This document shows, in pieces, positions 21,390 to 31,959 of a DNA stretch of 64,000 nt. The position numbers were made by a program, and so were the translations under genes. Position 1 is the stretch's first letter, and every line of letters starts with the position of its first letter. Source of the stretch: Nitrospiria bacterium. GTDB lineage: Bacteria; Nitrospirota; UBA9217. Where the stretch lies: assembly GCA_919902495.1 (NCBI GenBank), contig CAKKRC010000045.1, positions 3,162 through 67,161 on the forward strand, given 5' to 3'. The notes under the pieces were generated by a model. The model was not told the origin of the DNA. It worked only from the letters and a program-made list of their open reading frames with translations, and searched no databases.

Positions 21390-22439
21390 TCAATCAAGAA
21401 GCTGCAGCGGCCGCGCAAGATGGTAGTCCAGGGTCCTCCGGAGGGCCGTCGTAAGGTCTGTGGCAGGTTTCCAGCCCAGGTACTGCTCCATGTTCTTGAT
21501 GGACGGGACGCGGGTCTGGATGTCCTGGTATCCTTTGCCGTAGTAGTCGCCTGAGCTTACGGTGACGATCTTCACCGCGTCGGCCATCTTCGCGTAGGCG
21601 GGATAGGTCCGGATGAGCTTGATGAGCGTCTCGGCAAGATCCTTGATGGACATGTCGTTATTCGGGTTGCCGATGTTGAAGATCCGTCCATCGGCCGCGC
21701 CGTCCTTGTTCTCGATGATCCGGATGAGTGCGTCGATGCCGTCGTCAATGTAGGTGAAGCTGCGGCGCTGGGTGCCGCCGTCCACGAGCTGGATGTCCTT
21801 GCCGCGCAGGATGTTCCCGATGAACTGGGTGAGCACGCGGGAGCTTCCTTCCTTCGGCTCAAGGATGTTGTCCAGCTTCGGGCCTATCCAGTTGAAGGGG
21901 CGAAAGAGCGTGTATCGGAGGTCATGCTTCATGCCGTACGCATGGATAACGCGGTCCATGAGCTGTTTGGAACAGGAGTAGATCCAGCGGGGTTTGTTGA
22001 TGGGGCCCAGCACGAGGTTCGAGGCTTCTTCATTGAACTCGGCGTCCGCGCACATCCCGTAGACCTCTGACGTGGAAGGGAAGACGACCCGTTTCCGGTA
22101 CTGGACGCACTTGCGAACGATATCCAGATTCGCTTCGAAGTCAAGCTCGAAGACCCGCAGAGGGTCCAGCACGTAGGTCGCGGGCGTCGCTATGGCAACA
22201 AGGGGAATGGCCACATCACATTTTTTAACGTGATACTCGATCCATTCCTTGTTGATGGTGATGTCGCCTTCGACGAAGCGGAAGCGCTCGTGGTCCAGGC
22301 ACTGGTCCAGCTTGTCGCTGGCCATGTCCATGCCGTAGACCTCCCAGTCCTTGTTCTTGAGGATGTGCTCCGTGAGGCTGTTCCCGATGAAACCGTTGAC
22401 GCCGAGGATAAGGACCTTTAAAGCCATGTTATGCTCCAT
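21390..22439 (-). CDS. arnA: UDP-glucuronic acid decarboxylase / NAD-dependent dehydratase (ArnA C-terminal-domain homolog, stand-alone gene)
   Basis: 349 aa. Rossmann motif [10 protein letters not shown], catalytic-region similarity to the ArnA decarboxylase domain. Separated from the formyltransferase gene by a repeat element. Confidence 0.75.
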   Translation of the reverse strand: MEHNMALKVLILGVNGFIGNSLTEHILKNKDWEVYGMDMASDKLDQCLDHERFRFVEGDITINKEWIEYHVKKCDVAIPLVAIATPATYVLDPLRVFELDFEANLDIVRKCVQYRKRVVFPSTSEVYGMCADAEFNEEASNLVLGPINKPRWIYSCSKQLMDRVIHAYGMKHDLRYTLFRPFNWIGPKLDNILEPKEGSSRVLTQFIGNILRGKDIQLVDGGTQRRSFTYIDDGIDALIRIIENKDGAADGRIFNIGNPNNDMSIKDLAETLIKLIRTYPAYAKMADAVKIVTVSSGDYYGKGYQDIQTRVPSIKNMEQYLGWKPATDLTTALRRTLDYHLARPLQLLD

Positions 22440-22625
22440 TCTGGAAATGAACTACTAATATAAAAATACATCTCACCGCGAAGGCGCAAGGGTCGCGAGG
22501 AAAGCGAAAAACTATCTGTCATATTAATTTGCGTTTGCTTCGCTTCGCTCGCATAGACAGCCTGGACAGGGTGTCCTTGCGTCCTTCGCGCCTTCGCGGT
22601 TCACAGGTGTGTTCATTGAAATGGC
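22440..22625. repeat. Intergenic hairpin element between the two arnA halves (caccgcgaaggcgcaagg family)
   Basis: caccgcgaaggcgcaagggtcgcgagg pairs with ccttgcgtccttcgcgccttcgcggtt. Confidence 0.7.
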
Positions 22626-23549
22626 TCATCTGCCCAGCATGATCCCTGCCCGCAGGTCGTGGGTCACGTCGTCAGCGGCCTCTTCGTGGTCACCTTCCCA
22701 CTGGTAACTGGTGATCTCCAGGGACCCCGAGCCTGTTGCCACGCGCAGCGGATCGATGGACATGACCATGCCCGGCCTTCCTTCGCCCCGCCCCAGCGGC
22801 TTCGCCTGCCAGATGAACAGGCGCATTCCGTTCACCTCGGTGAACGCCCCCGGGTAGGGATGGGTCACTGCGCGGATGAGATTATAGATGCTTTCCGCGC
22901 TCTTTGTCCAGTCAATACGCCCGTCCTCGGGCTTCCGGCCGCCGAACGTGGTCGCTTGCGAATCATCCTGTTTGGTGCGCGGTGCCGTGCCTGCCTTGAT
23001 GGCGTCGATACTGCGCTCGAGCACTTTCCGGCCGGCCAGGGTAACCTTGTTGAAGACGTCCTGGGCCGTGTCTTCGGGACCGATGGACACGGCCTCCTGG
23101 TCCACGATGTCTCCCGCGTCGGCGCGTTTTACCATGTGGTGCAGCGTGACGCCTGACTCTTTCTCGCCATGCACGATAGCCCAGTTGATCGGCACACGTC
23201 CGCGATACTTCGGAAGGAGCGAGCCGTGCATATTGAAGGCGCCGAGCCGCGGGACGGCCAGGATCTCCTCGCTGATCATGTTCCGGTAGTAGAAGGAAAA
23301 GATGAGGTCCGGCGCCATTGTTCTGATCCGGGCCTTCCATACCGGGCTGTTCGGAGACTCCGGTGTGTACACGGGGATGCCATGCTGCCGGGCGAGCGCG
23401 GCCACGGACCTGAACCAGATCGTTTCTTTCTCGTCATCCACGTGTGAGAAAACACCAATGATTTTCTCTCCGGCCGTGATGAGGAAGTCGAGGCACTCAT
23501 AGCCCACATTATGGTAGGCAAAGACAAGGATGGCGGGCCGTTCACTCAT
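22626..23549 (-). CDS. arnA: UDP-4-amino-4-deoxy-L-arabinose formyltransferase (ArnA N-terminal-domain homolog, stand-alone gene)
   Basis: Formyl_trans_N motifs (HGSLLPKYRGRVPINWAI). The ORF-track N-terminus (to 23744) is an out-of-context extension. Start placed at MSERPAILVF, overlapping the arnC stop. Confidence 0.75.
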   Translation of the reverse strand: MSERPAILVFAYHNVGYECLDFLITAGEKIIGVFSHVDDEKETIWFRSVAALARQHGIPVYTPESPNSPVWKARIRTMAPDLIFSFYYRNMISEEILAVPRLGAFNMHGSLLPKYRGRVPINWAIVHGEKESGVTLHHMVKRADAGDIVDQEAVSIGPEDTAQDVFNKVTLAGRKVLERSIDAIKAGTAPRTKQDDSQATTFGGRKPEDGRIDWTKSAESIYNLIRAVTHPYPGAFTEVNGMRLFIWQAKPLGRGEGRPGMVMSIDPLRVATGSGSLEITSYQWEGDHEEAADDVTHDLRAGIMLGR

Positions 23550-24510
23550 CGAGGACCTCATGGACCGCGCGGACCACGAAACGGGGCCGGCGGCGGACTT
23601 CTTTGTAGATGCGGCCGATATATTCGCCGATGATGCCGAGGCCCATGATCGCGATGCCCACGAGGAAGTAAAGGATGGCGAAGAGGGTGAACACACCTTC
23701 GGCTTCCGGTCCGACGATGAGGCGCCGGACCAGAAGGAAGACAACGAAGAGCAGGCTGAGGACGGCGACCACGATGCCGAAGACGGTGAAGACCTGGAGC
23801 GGTACGACGGAAAACCCGGTCATGAGGTCGAAGTTGAGCCGCACAAGGTCATAGAGCCGGTACTTGGACTCGCCGGCAGAGCGAGCGGCGTGTTCGACCT
23901 CCACCTCGGCGGGATCGGCAGAATAGCTGTAGGCCAGCGCCGGGATGAACGTGGAGGTCTCGCCGCTTGCCACGATGGCCTCGACGATGCTCTTCCGGTA
24001 TGCCCGGAGCATGCAGCCCTGGTCGCGCATCTGGATCCTGGTGACCTTCGCGCGGATCCCGTTGATGATCCTCGAGGCGTATTTCCGGAAAAAGGTGTCC
24101 TGGCGGTTCTTGCGGTAACCGCCCACGGAATCGTGGCCGGCCTCGATGGCCGCCAGCAGCTTGGGGATCTCCTCGGGCGGGTTCTGGAGATCCGCGTCGA
24201 GCGTCACGATCACATCGCCCCGCACACGCTCGAAGGCCGCCATGATGGCCATGTGCTGGCCGAAATTGCCGTTGAAGTCGATGACCCGCACCTGCTTCGG
24301 CCGGCGTTTGTGGAATTCCTTGAGCATCTCTCCGGAGCGGTCGCGGCTGCCGTCGTTCGTGAACAGAACTTCCCAGGTTTTGCCCGTTCTATCCATGGCC
24401 GCTGTGAGGCGGGAGAACAGCGTCTCCAGATTGTCCTGCTCGTTGTACACCGGGATGACCACGCTGACGTAGGGTTTTGCCATTAATGATCTCCAGACCA
24501 AAAAGCTCAA
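23542..24510 (-). CDS. arnC: Undecaprenyl-phosphate 4-deoxy-4-formamido-L-arabinose transferase (GT2)
   Basis: 322 aa. GT2 N-domain VSVVIPVYNE...DGSRD...TLDADLQ and C-terminal TM helices. Confidence 0.8.
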   Translation of the reverse strand: MSFLVWRSLMAKPYVSVVIPVYNEQDNLETLFSRLTAAMDRTGKTWEVLFTNDGSRDRSGEMLKEFHKRRPKQVRVIDFNGNFGQHMAIMAAFERVRGDVIVTLDADLQNPPEEIPKLLAAIEAGHDSVGGYRKNRQDTFFRKYASRIINGIRAKVTRIQMRDQGCMLRAYRKSIVEAIVASGETSTFIPALAYSYSADPAEVEVEHAARSAGESKYRLYDLVRLNFDLMTGFSVVPLQVFTVFGIVVAVLSLLFVVFLLVRRLIVGPEAEGVFTLFAILYFLVGIAIMGLGIIGEYIGRIYKEVRRRPRFVVRAVHEVLDE

Positions 24511-24718
24511 AAATCAATGAATCAATTGGACGCGGATAAAATCTGATGTACGCGGATAAACCAAATAGAATCAATTCAGGAATTTATTAAAAGCATGTAT
24601 CGATCTGATGCTGCTCGCCTTTGGTCAGTGTTCATCAGTGTCAATCCGTGTCCCACGTGATGTTTGCAGTTGTTTTATCCGTGTGCATCCGCGAAAATCC
24701 GCGTCCAAAACAGTCCTT
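24511..24718. repeat. Intergenic hairpin element (ggataaaatctgatg / cgcggataaacc family)
   Basis: ggacgcggataaaatctgatgtacgcggataaacc pairs with ttttatccgtgtgcatccgcgaaaatccgcgtcc. Confidence 0.65.
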
Positions 24719-25894
24719 CTATCGCTTGAACAGATCATTCATCGCAGCGATGACCCGGTCCTGGTCCGCGTCGGTCATCAGCGGGAAGAGCGGAAGGCTT
24801 ACGATGCGGTCCGAGATGGTCTCGGCGACCGGGAAGTCGCCCCGCTTGAAACCAAAGGTCTCACGGTAGTAAGGGTAGAGGTGCACGGCGCGGTAATGCA
24901 GGCCCGTGCCGATGTTCCTGTCCTTCATGCCCTGCATGAACGCATCGCGGTCCATGCGCGTAACGTCGGGGTTGATGAGCGGCGTGTAGAGGTGCCAGGC
25001 GTGGAGATGTCCATAGGACGGTGTCCCGGTCAGGGTCCACTGGGGCCAATCCGCCATGATCTTGTGATAGCGGAGGGCCAATTCGGTGCGGCGCTTGATG
25101 AAACCGTCAAGCTGTTTGAGCTGGTGCAGGCCCAGGGCCGCCTGGATGTCCATCATGTTGTACTTGTATCCCGGCGCGATGATCTCGTAGTGCTGGGAGC
25201 CTTTCTTGCCGAAGCGGTTCCAGGCCTCGCGGTCCATGCCGTGGAACCGGAGGAGGGCGACGTCGCCGGCGAGCTTGTCGTCCCGGGTGGCGATGCAGCC
25301 TCCTTCGCCGGTGGTCATGTTCTTGTTGGGGTGGAAGCTGAACACCTGGGTGTCGCCGAAGCTGCCGATGCGTCTGCCTTTGTATTCCGTGCCGATGGCA
25401 TGGGCCGCATCCTCGATGACCCGGAGGCCATGCCGCTTCGCAATATCATACAGAGGATCAAGGTCGACAGGCAGGCCGGCGAAGTGCACCGGCATGATGG
25501 CGCGCGTGCGCTTCGTCACCGCCTTCTCGATCCTCGTCACGTCCATGTTGTAGGTCCCCGGCTCGACGTCCACCAGCACGGGCCTGCCGCCGGCCAGCAC
25601 GATGGTGTTCAGTGTCGCAGCGAAGGTCATGGGGGTGGTGATCACTTCATCGCCGGGCTGGAGCTTCAATGCGCTCAGAACGAGGTGGAGCCCCGCGGTA
25701 GCCGACGTGAGGGCGAGCACATGGGGGGCGGCCAGATAGGCCTTCAGGTCGTCTTCGAACTGCTTGACCCGCGGACCGGTCGTGATCCATCCTGACCTGA
25801 GGCAGGCGACAACCTCGTTGATGGCCTCTTCGGAGATCGACGGGCGCGAGAAAGGAAGGAACTCGTTCTGGTTAGAAGACATTGTGATCCTCAA
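24719..25894 (-). CDS. arnB: UDP-4-amino-4-deoxy-L-arabinose--oxoglutarate aminotransferase (DegT/DnrJ/EryC1 family)
   Basis: 391 aa. PLP-dependent DegT family. Confidence 0.8.
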   Translation of the reverse strand: MRITMSSNQNEFLPFSRPSISEEAINEVVACLRSGWITTGPRVKQFEDDLKAYLAAPHVLALTSATAGLHLVLSALKLQPGDEVITTPMTFAATLNTIVLAGGRPVLVDVEPGTYNMDVTRIEKAVTKRTRAIMPVHFAGLPVDLDPLYDIAKRHGLRVIEDAAHAIGTEYKGRRIGSFGDTQVFSFHPNKNMTTGEGGCIATRDDKLAGDVALLRFHGMDREAWNRFGKKGSQHYEIIAPGYKYNMMDIQAALGLHQLKQLDGFIKRRTELALRYHKIMADWPQWTLTGTPSYGHLHAWHLYTPLINPDVTRMDRDAFMQGMKDRNIGTGLHYRAVHLYPYYRETFGFKRGDFPVAETISDRIVSLPLFPLMTDADQDRVIAAMNDLFKR

Positions 25895-26015
25895 ATAAAC
25901 GGCACATCAAGGAATATATATTTACCGCAGAGAGCGCGGAGCGCGCTGAGAAGGCATTTCAACGAATGAACTCTGCGATCTCTGCGTCCTCTGCGGTGAA
26001 ATAAGACGTTTGCGC
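25895..26015. repeat. Intergenic hairpin element (ccgcagagagcgcggag / ctctgcggtgaaa)
   Basis: Inverted repeat around 25921-26010. Confidence 0.65.
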
Positions 26016-26381
26016 TCAGCTTCTCGTTACAAAGTACACGCCCACGCAGATGATCAGGATGCCGGTGATGCGCGTGATCGAAAGGTCCTCCTGGAAGAGG
26101 TAGTACCCCGCAACGGCGTTGACGATATAGCCCACGCTGAGCAGGGGATAGGCGAAGCTCACTTCGACCCGGGAGAGGACCAGCAGCCATACTCCCACGC
26201 TCACGACATAGCAGACCAGGCCGGCCAGGACGAACACGTTCAGGGAGACCTGGAGCGCGATGGGAACGAAGTTGGCCCAGACGAAATCGAAGTGGCCGAT
26301 GCGCCGCATGCCTTCCTTCAAAAAGAGCTGGGCCGCCGCGTTGAGCAGCACCCCGAGCATGATGAGCGGAAAATAGATCAC
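26016..26381 (-). CDS. SMR/EamA-like small membrane protein, ArnE/ArnF-type flippase subunit
   Basis: 121 aa, 4 TM. Sits between arnB and arnT with a 4-bp overlap to arnT. Confidence 0.6.
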   Translation of the reverse strand: MIYFPLIMLGVLLNAAAQLFLKEGMRRIGHFDFVWANFVPIALQVSLNVFVLAGLVCYVVSVGVWLLVLSRVEVSFAYPLLSVGYIVNAVAGYYLFQEDLSITRITGILIICVGVYFVTRS

Positions 26382-28033
26382 GGTTTGACCTCTTGATTAG
26401 ACAGTATAACGGTATTTTTGTTCTGCGCAATCAGAAAAAACGGCCTGTTCGGTACTTTTCGCATCGCATCGGCGTCCCTGATCCCGGAAAGCAGGAATAT
26501 CCTGTTTGGACCCCGCCATCGCTTCCAGAGCTCCTCTTCATCGATCATCCAGCCGCTCACGTCCTCGATCGTCATGCCGAAGTCCAGCTCTCCCTTCCAA
26601 TCCACCAGGGTCATGCGCCGTTCCAAATAGACGGGCAGGTCCTGGTAGTAGTTCCGGTAATGCGCGATCTCGTCGCCGGGACGCAGGAGGGGCTTCAGTA
26701 CCTGCGCGAAGGGTTTGAGGGAGCGCGTGTCGAATACCGGCGAGATGGCGCTTACCATAATAAAGAGCACGGAGATCGTAATGACTATCGCGGGAACGGT
26801 TCGTTTGACCGCATCCTTCTGCCTGCTCCAGTTGGTCAGCGCAGCGATACTTGCCATGACCAGCCATACAGCCATCGTGTACAGGATGAGCCTCAGACCC
26901 GGCGAGCCGGCTTCGGGCACGTACGAGGGAAGGGCCACAAGCCCGGCGCCCAGCATGGCGCAGATGATCGAGAACATAATTGTGCCGATCCTGAATCCTG
27001 CGGTATCGGTCTTGTCCCAGCTGTCGGCGAGATACTTCCCGACAAGCAGGGCGAGCGGCGGCAGGACCGGCAGAAGGTAGGGGATGAGCTTGGAGCTTGA
27101 GGCCGAGAAGAACAGGAGGATCAAACCTGCCCAGAGCAGCAGGAAGATCGATTCTTTGTGCTGATGACGTTCCTTCCACGATGACGGGAGGCTTTGCTTT
27201 ACTGCCTGCACAAGGAATGCGGACCAGGGGAACAGGCCGAGCAAAAGGACGGGGACGTAGAACCAGAACGGTTTGTAGTGGTGGTGGACCTTGGTAAGGT
27301 AACGCTGGAAGTGTTCGCGGATGAAATAGAAGTCGAAGAACTCCGGGTTGGCACGGTTGACCAGGATGTGCCAGGGTGCTGCGATGAGGGAAAAGAGTAC
27401 CAATCCCGAGAACAGGTGCATGGAGCGGAGGATGCGCCATTCATGCATGATGAGCATCCACGCGAAGATGATCATTCCTGGGAAAACGATGCCGATGAGG
27501 CCTTTGGTCATGGTAGCCAGGGCGGCACATGCATAGAAACCCCAGAAGAAGAGACGGCGGGTCGCGCCTTCAGGCTCCCGCGTACCGAGCAGGAACGACA
27601 GCAGGGAAGCGGTCAGGAGCACGGCGACCGGCATGTCCAGGGTGATCAGGCGGCTGAGAGCGTAATAGAGAACGCTTGTCGCCAACACGATCGCAGACAG
27701 GAGCCCGGTCCTGCGACCGAACATCCGTGAACCGGCATAATACACGGTGAAACACCCGAAGAGCGCGAAAAGCGCGGGCCCGAGCCGGACGGACCATTCG
27801 CTCAGACCGAGGAGCTTGACAAGAACGGCCTCGAACCAGTAGAAGAGTGGCGGTTTTTCGAAATATTTGACCCCGTTCAGGCGCGGAGTGAGGTAGTCGC
27901 CGGTGACGACCATTTCCCGGGGGATCTCGACATACCTTCCTTCGTCAGGCACGGAGAGGGGGCGGCTGCCGAGGAAGAGGCCGAAGAAGAGCGCAGTAAG
28001 AGCAATAAGTATAATGAGGTCGCGCAGGCGCAT
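26378..28033 (-). CDS. arnT: Undecaprenyl phosphate-alpha-4-amino-4-deoxy-L-arabinose arabinosyl transferase (GT39/GT83)
   Basis: 551 aa polytopic membrane protein. N-terminal PDEGRYVEIPREM...YFEKPPLFYW is typical of ArnT/PMT-like GT-C enzymes. Confidence 0.8.
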   Translation of the reverse strand: MRLRDLIILIALTALFFGLFLGSRPLSVPDEGRYVEIPREMVVTGDYLTPRLNGVKYFEKPPLFYWFEAVLVKLLGLSEWSVRLGPALFALFGCFTVYYAGSRMFGRRTGLLSAIVLATSVLYYALSRLITLDMPVAVLLTASLLSFLLGTREPEGATRRLFFWGFYACAALATMTKGLIGIVFPGMIIFAWMLIMHEWRILRSMHLFSGLVLFSLIAAPWHILVNRANPEFFDFYFIREHFQRYLTKVHHHYKPFWFYVPVLLLGLFPWSAFLVQAVKQSLPSSWKERHQHKESIFLLLWAGLILLFFSASSSKLIPYLLPVLPPLALLVGKYLADSWDKTDTAGFRIGTIMFSIICAMLGAGLVALPSYVPEAGSPGLRLILYTMAVWLVMASIAALTNWSRQKDAVKRTVPAIVITISVLFIMVSAISPVFDTRSLKPFAQVLKPLLRPGDEIAHYRNYYQDLPVYLERRMTLVDWKGELDFGMTIEDVSGWMIDEEELWKRWRGPNRIFLLSGIRDADAMRKVPNRPFFLIAQNKNTVILSNQEVKP

Positions 28034-28118
28034 GAGGTGGTCTTTCGTTCAACGCTGAGAAAAACCAATAATATCCCGCGCATGAAGGATTGTCAACCGG
28101 TTTCGCGGTTTTCAGGGA

Positions 28119-28799
28119 TCATTGTTTATCAGGCTCCCTCATCTCGCAGGCCATATGGCGAATGACCTTGCCCTTCACCATGTAGACCACCATCTCGGCG
28201 ATGTTCGTTGCATGGTCCCCGATCCGCTCAAGGTACTTGGCGACGTAGGTGAGGCGGACTGCGCGGGAGATGTTCCTGGGGTCCTGCAGCATGTACACGA
28301 GCAGCTCGTTGAATATCTGCTGGTTCAGATTGTCCACGAAGTCGTCGGCCTCGCATACCTTCATGGCGCTATCGGGGTCCCTTGAAACAAAGGCGTCAAG
28401 GCTGTTCTTCAGCATCTTCTGAGAGGCCTCCGCCATGCGCGGTATGTCGATGTAGGGCTTGAGCTGCGGTTCTTCCAGGAGTTCGATCGTGCGTTCGCAG
28501 ATGTCCACGGCCAGGTCGCCCATGCGCTCCAGGTCAGTGATGATCTTGATGGCCGTGGTGATAAAACGAAGGTTGCTGCCTGTCGGCTGCCAGATGGCCA
28601 GGAGCCGGATGCACTCCTCCTCGATCTCCACGTCATAGGTGTTGATCACGTGGTCCCCGTCGATAACGGAGAGGGCGAGGTCGCGGTCGCGCTCCACCAG
28701 GGCCTTGATGGATTTGCGGATGGCGTCCTCCACAAGGCTTCCCATCCTGAGGACCCGGTCCTTCAGATCTGTCAGGTCATGCTCTAATTTTCTTGTCAT
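28119..28799 (-). CDS. phoU: Phosphate signalling complex protein PhoU
   Basis: 226 aa, two PhoU repeats. Confidence 0.85.
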   Translation of the reverse strand: MTRKLEHDLTDLKDRVLRMGSLVEDAIRKSIKALVERDRDLALSVIDGDHVINTYDVEIEEECIRLLAIWQPTGSNLRFITTAIKIITDLERMGDLAVDICERTIELLEEPQLKPYIDIPRMAEASQKMLKNSLDAFVSRDPDSAMKVCEADDFVDNLNQQIFNELLVYMLQDPRNISRAVRLTYVAKYLERIGDHATNIAEMVVYMVKGKVIRHMACEMREPDKQ

Positions 28800-28933
28800 A
28801 AGGTTCTCCTTGAACTTCGTAAGGGGTCAGGGGTAAGGGGTTAGGGGTTAGGAGCAATGAGTAGGGACGCTTTTCGCAACAGACGCAGACGCTATACGCC
28901 TTACCCTTTACTCCTTACCCCTCACCGCAATTA
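28800..28933. repeat. Intergenic hairpin element (ggggtcaggggtaagggg / cccctcacc family)
   Basis: G-rich arm gtaaggggtcaggggtaaggggttagggg pairs with C-rich arm ccttaccctttactccttacccctcacc. Confidence 0.7.
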
Positions 28934-29698
28934 TCATCCAAACCTTCCTGTGATGTAATCGTCGGTCTGCTTCTTTTCGGGTGCCGTGAATATCTTTTCG
29001 GTGGTGTCGTATTCGATCAGTTCGCCCATGTACATGAATCCCGTCATGTCGGAGACCCGGGCGGCCTGCTGCATGTTGTGGGTCACAATGATGATGGTGA
29101 CGTACTTCTTGAGGGTCACGACGAGCTCCTCGATCTTGGCTGTTGAGATCGGGTCGAGCGCCGATGTGGGTTCGTCGAAGAGCAGAATGTCCGGCTCGAC
29201 GGCCAAAGCGCGGGCGATGACCAGCCGCTGCTGCTGGCCGCCGGAAAGTTCATACGCGCTGGCGTTCAGCTTGTCCCGCACCTCGTCCCAGAGGGCGGCG
29301 TGTTTGAGCGCCCGCTCGATGCGGTCCACGAGCTCGGACTTGCTCCTGATCCCTTTCAGCCTCAGACCGTAGGCGATGTTCTCGGCGATGGACATGGGGA
29401 AGGGTGTGGGCTTCTGGAACACCATGCCGATGCGGCTTCTGAGGTTGATGAGGTCCACCTTGTCGGCAAGGATGTTCCTGCCCTCGAAAATGATCTCACC
29501 GCCGTAGCGGTGATTGGGATAAAGGTCGTGCATGCGGTTGAAACAGCGAAGGAGCGTGGTCTTGCCGCACCCTGACGGTCCGATGAGAGCTGTCACGGCA
29601 TACTTCTGGATCGGAAGGGATATTCCCTTGAGCGCGTGGACGTTCCCGTTGTAGAAGAAATCGAGGTTTTTGACCTCCAGTTCGATCGCTGGTTTCAC
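28934..29698 (-). CDS. pstB: Phosphate ABC transporter ATP-binding protein
   Basis: Walker [13 protein letters not shown] signature LSGGQQQRL, Walker [13 protein letters not shown]. Confidence 0.9.
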   Translation of the reverse strand: MKPAIELEVKNLDFFYNGNVHALKGISLPIQKYAVTALIGPSGCGKTTLLRCFNRMHDLYPNHRYGGEIIFEGRNILADKVDLINLRSRIGMVFQKPTPFPMSIAENIAYGLRLKGIRSKSELVDRIERALKHAALWDEVRDKLNASAYELSGGQQQRLVIARALAVEPDILLFDEPTSALDPISTAKIEELVVTLKKYVTIIIVTHNMQQAARVSDMTGFMYMGELIEYDTTEKIFTAPEKKQTDDYITGRFG

Positions 29699-30537
29699 TG
29701 CTTATACCTCCACCTGAGAAGCAATCTTCCCGAGATCGTCAGGACGAGAATGAACATCGTGATGACGAAGGCCGCGGCCCACGCCTGGGCGTGCCAGATA
29801 TCGTAGGGCCCCATGGCGTACTGAAAGATGCTTACGGTCAGGGACGAGATGGGTTCCTTCATGTTAACCGTAAAGTAGGCGTTGTTGAAGGACGTGAAGA
29901 GCAGGGGCGCTGTCTCTCCGGTCACCCGGGCGATGGACAGCAGGATGCCCGTGAGTATCCCGGTGGCCGCTCCGCGGTACACCACCTGGATGATCACCTT
30001 GTAGTACGGCGCGCCGAGGGCGAAGGCGGCCTCCCGCACGGTCCAGGGTACAAGAGAGAGCATGTTCTCCGTAGTTCTGAGCACCACGGGGACCATGATG
30101 ATGGCGAGGGCGACGGCGCCGGCCCAGCCGTTGAAATGCCCGACGGGTTTCACCAGGATGGCGTAGACAAACGTGCCGATAACGATCGAGGGCACGCTTA
30201 CCATGATGTCGGACAGCATGCTGATGATACGCGAGAGCGTTCTGCCCCTGCCGTATTCGGCAAGGTACGTGCCGCCGAGCACGCCGATGGGCACACCGAT
30301 CACCGTGGCCAGCAGGGTGATGAGGAACTGGCCTACGAAGGCGTTCCTGAGCCCGCCGCCCTCCACGCCGGGCGGCACCGGATCGTTGAAGAACAGGCTG
30401 AGCTTGAGAGCGCCGATACCGTTCATGACCACGTCGCCCAGTATGAAGACGAGCCAGAACAGCCCGATCAGCGCCGCAAGGGTGCTGAAGGTAAGGGCCA
30501 TGAGGCCGGAAATTTTTCGTTTTCGTTCGATGTTCAT
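29695..30537 (-). CDS. pstA: Phosphate ABC transporter permease PstA
   Basis: 280 aa, 6 TM, ABC permease EAA-like region. 4-bp overlap with pstB. Confidence 0.85.
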   Translation of the reverse strand: MNIERKRKISGLMALTFSTLAALIGLFWLVFILGDVVMNGIGALKLSLFFNDPVPPGVEGGGLRNAFVGQFLITLLATVIGVPIGVLGGTYLAEYGRGRTLSRIISMLSDIMVSVPSIVIGTFVYAILVKPVGHFNGWAGAVALAIIMVPVVLRTTENMLSLVPWTVREAAFALGAPYYKVIIQVVYRGAATGILTGILLSIARVTGETAPLLFTSFNNAYFTVNMKEPISSLTVSIFQYAMGPYDIWHAQAWAAAFVITMFILVLTISGRLLLRWRYKQ

Positions 30538-30741
30538 GAATTAACATCCACCACGGAGACACGGAGTCACGGAGAAAGCCAAAAGCTTTTGTAACCACAG
30601 ATGAACACAGATGGACACGGATAGAACATCAGAAAATACTTAATTGTCGTTGATTTTATCTGTGTTTATCTGTGTTAAAAGTATTTATTAAGCAGTTCTC
30701 CGTGCCTCCGTGCCTCCGTGTCTCCGTGGTGAAAAGGTCCG
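30538..30741. repeat. Intergenic nested hairpin element between pstA and pstC
   Basis: ccacggagacacggagtcacggag pairs with ctccgtgcctccgtgcctccgtgtctccgtgg. An inner pair cacagatgaacacagatggacacggat / atctgtgtttatctgtg is nested. Confidence 0.75.
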
Positions 30742-31695
30742 TCATCTCGGGTACTTCTTCTCCGCCCGCATCAGGATGACCTTCGATATCGCCAGGGTGG
30801 CGAAGCTCATGGCGAAGAGCACCAGCGCCAGGCCGAAGAGCGACGAGAGGTAGATGTCCTTGTCGGCTTCGGTGAACTCGTTGGCGAGCGTCACGGTGAT
30901 GGTCGAGGCCGCGTCGAAGAGCGACGTGGCGATCTTGTGGTTGTTGCCGAGCACGAAGGCAACGGCCATGGTCTCGCCGAGCGCCCGACCCAGGGAGAGC
31001 ACGATCCCGCCGAACACACCCAGCTTGGAATAGGGGACCACCACGTCTTTCACCACTTCCCATTGGGTGGCGCCGAGGGCATAGGCCGATTCCTTCACGA
31101 CTGCCGGTGTGAGGTTGAAAGAGTCACGCGCGATGCTCGCCGTGAACGGGATGATCATGATCGAGAGGATGACGCTTGCAGTCAGGATATCGATCCCCAG
31201 GGGCGTCCCCCGGAACAGGACCTCGATGACCGGTACTTTGCCGAGCGTGCTCTGGAGCGCCGGCTCGACGTATTTGCTCATGAGCGGGGCAAGGGTGAAG
31301 AGCCCCCACATGCCGTAGATGATGCTCGGTATGGCGGCCAGCAGTTCGATGGCAATACCGACAGGGCCTTTCAGAAAGTTCGGGGCGATCTCGGTTATGA
31401 AAATGGCGATGCCGATGGCAAGAGGGATCGCCAGGACCAGTGACAGCACGGTCGTGACCACGGTGCCGAAGATGGACGTTGCAGCGCCGAAGTTCTCCTT
31501 CACCGGATCCCAGCTGAGCGACGTGACGAAGTCAAATATCCCGAACTTCTGCAGGGCCGGCCAGGACCGCGTGGCCAGCACCCAGAGAATGCCGATGATG
31601 AAGACAATGACCGTCATCGACGCCAATGCGGTGATGGCGGAGAACAGAAGGTCCAGGGGGTTCTTTTTCGTCAAGATCGGCAAGAGTGACCTCAT
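30742..31695 (-). CDS. pstC: Phosphate ABC transporter permease PstC
   Basis: ABC permease. ORF-track start 31827 reads through the repeat element (LCLCVSV). Start placed at MRSLLPILTKK. Confidence 0.8.
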   Translation of the reverse strand: MRSLLPILTKKNPLDLLFSAITALASMTVIVFIIGILWVLATRSWPALQKFGIFDFVTSLSWDPVKENFGAATSIFGTVVTTVLSLVLAIPLAIGIAIFITEIAPNFLKGPVGIAIELLAAIPSIIYGMWGLFTLAPLMSKYVEPALQSTLGKVPVIEVLFRGTPLGIDILTASVILSIMIIPFTASIARDSFNLTPAVVKESAYALGATQWEVVKDVVVPYSKLGVFGGIVLSLGRALGETMAVAFVLGNNHKIATSLFDAASTITVTLANEFTEADKDIYLSSLFGLALVLFAMSFATLAISKVILMRAEKKYPR

Positions 31696-31959
31696 GCAAG
31701 AAACATCTGCCACAGAGACACAGAGGCACAGAGAATAGAACTGACAAGGCATTTCACCGCAGAGGACGCAGAGGAAAAGCAAGCGAGGAAGGCAAGTGTC
31801 TTTGAATTGGTTTTGAACCGGCCCCAAAAAAATGACTTGGGTTTAAAAACCCAAAGTGCCGCTTTTGACATTATCGTCCTCTGCGTCCTCTGCGTCCTCT
31901 GCGGTGAAAAAGACTTTGAACTTCTCCGTGTCTCTGTGCCTCCGTGGCAAAAGATTTTA
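31696..31959. repeat. Intergenic nested hairpin element between pstC and pstS
   Basis: Outer arms ccacagagacacagaggcacagag / ctccgtgtctctgtgcctccgtgg. Inner arms caccgcagaggacgcagagg / cctctgcgtcctctgcgtcctctgcggtg. Confidence 0.75.

Noticed and set aside
22626-23744. Long Ser/Ala/Trp-rich N-terminal extension of the arnA formyltransferase ORF and the 45-aa extension on pstC/pstS
   Set aside because: The extensions read through upstream gene ends or repeat elements. Conserved family sequence begins at internal Met codons (MSERPAILVF, MRSLLPILTKK, MRQMSIAALA), the last with a clear RBS.
23530-25795. Plus-strand ORFs of 318 and 395 aa over arnC/arnB
   Set aside because: Antisense to the arn operon genes. 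Asp/Glu/His-rich composition without motifs.
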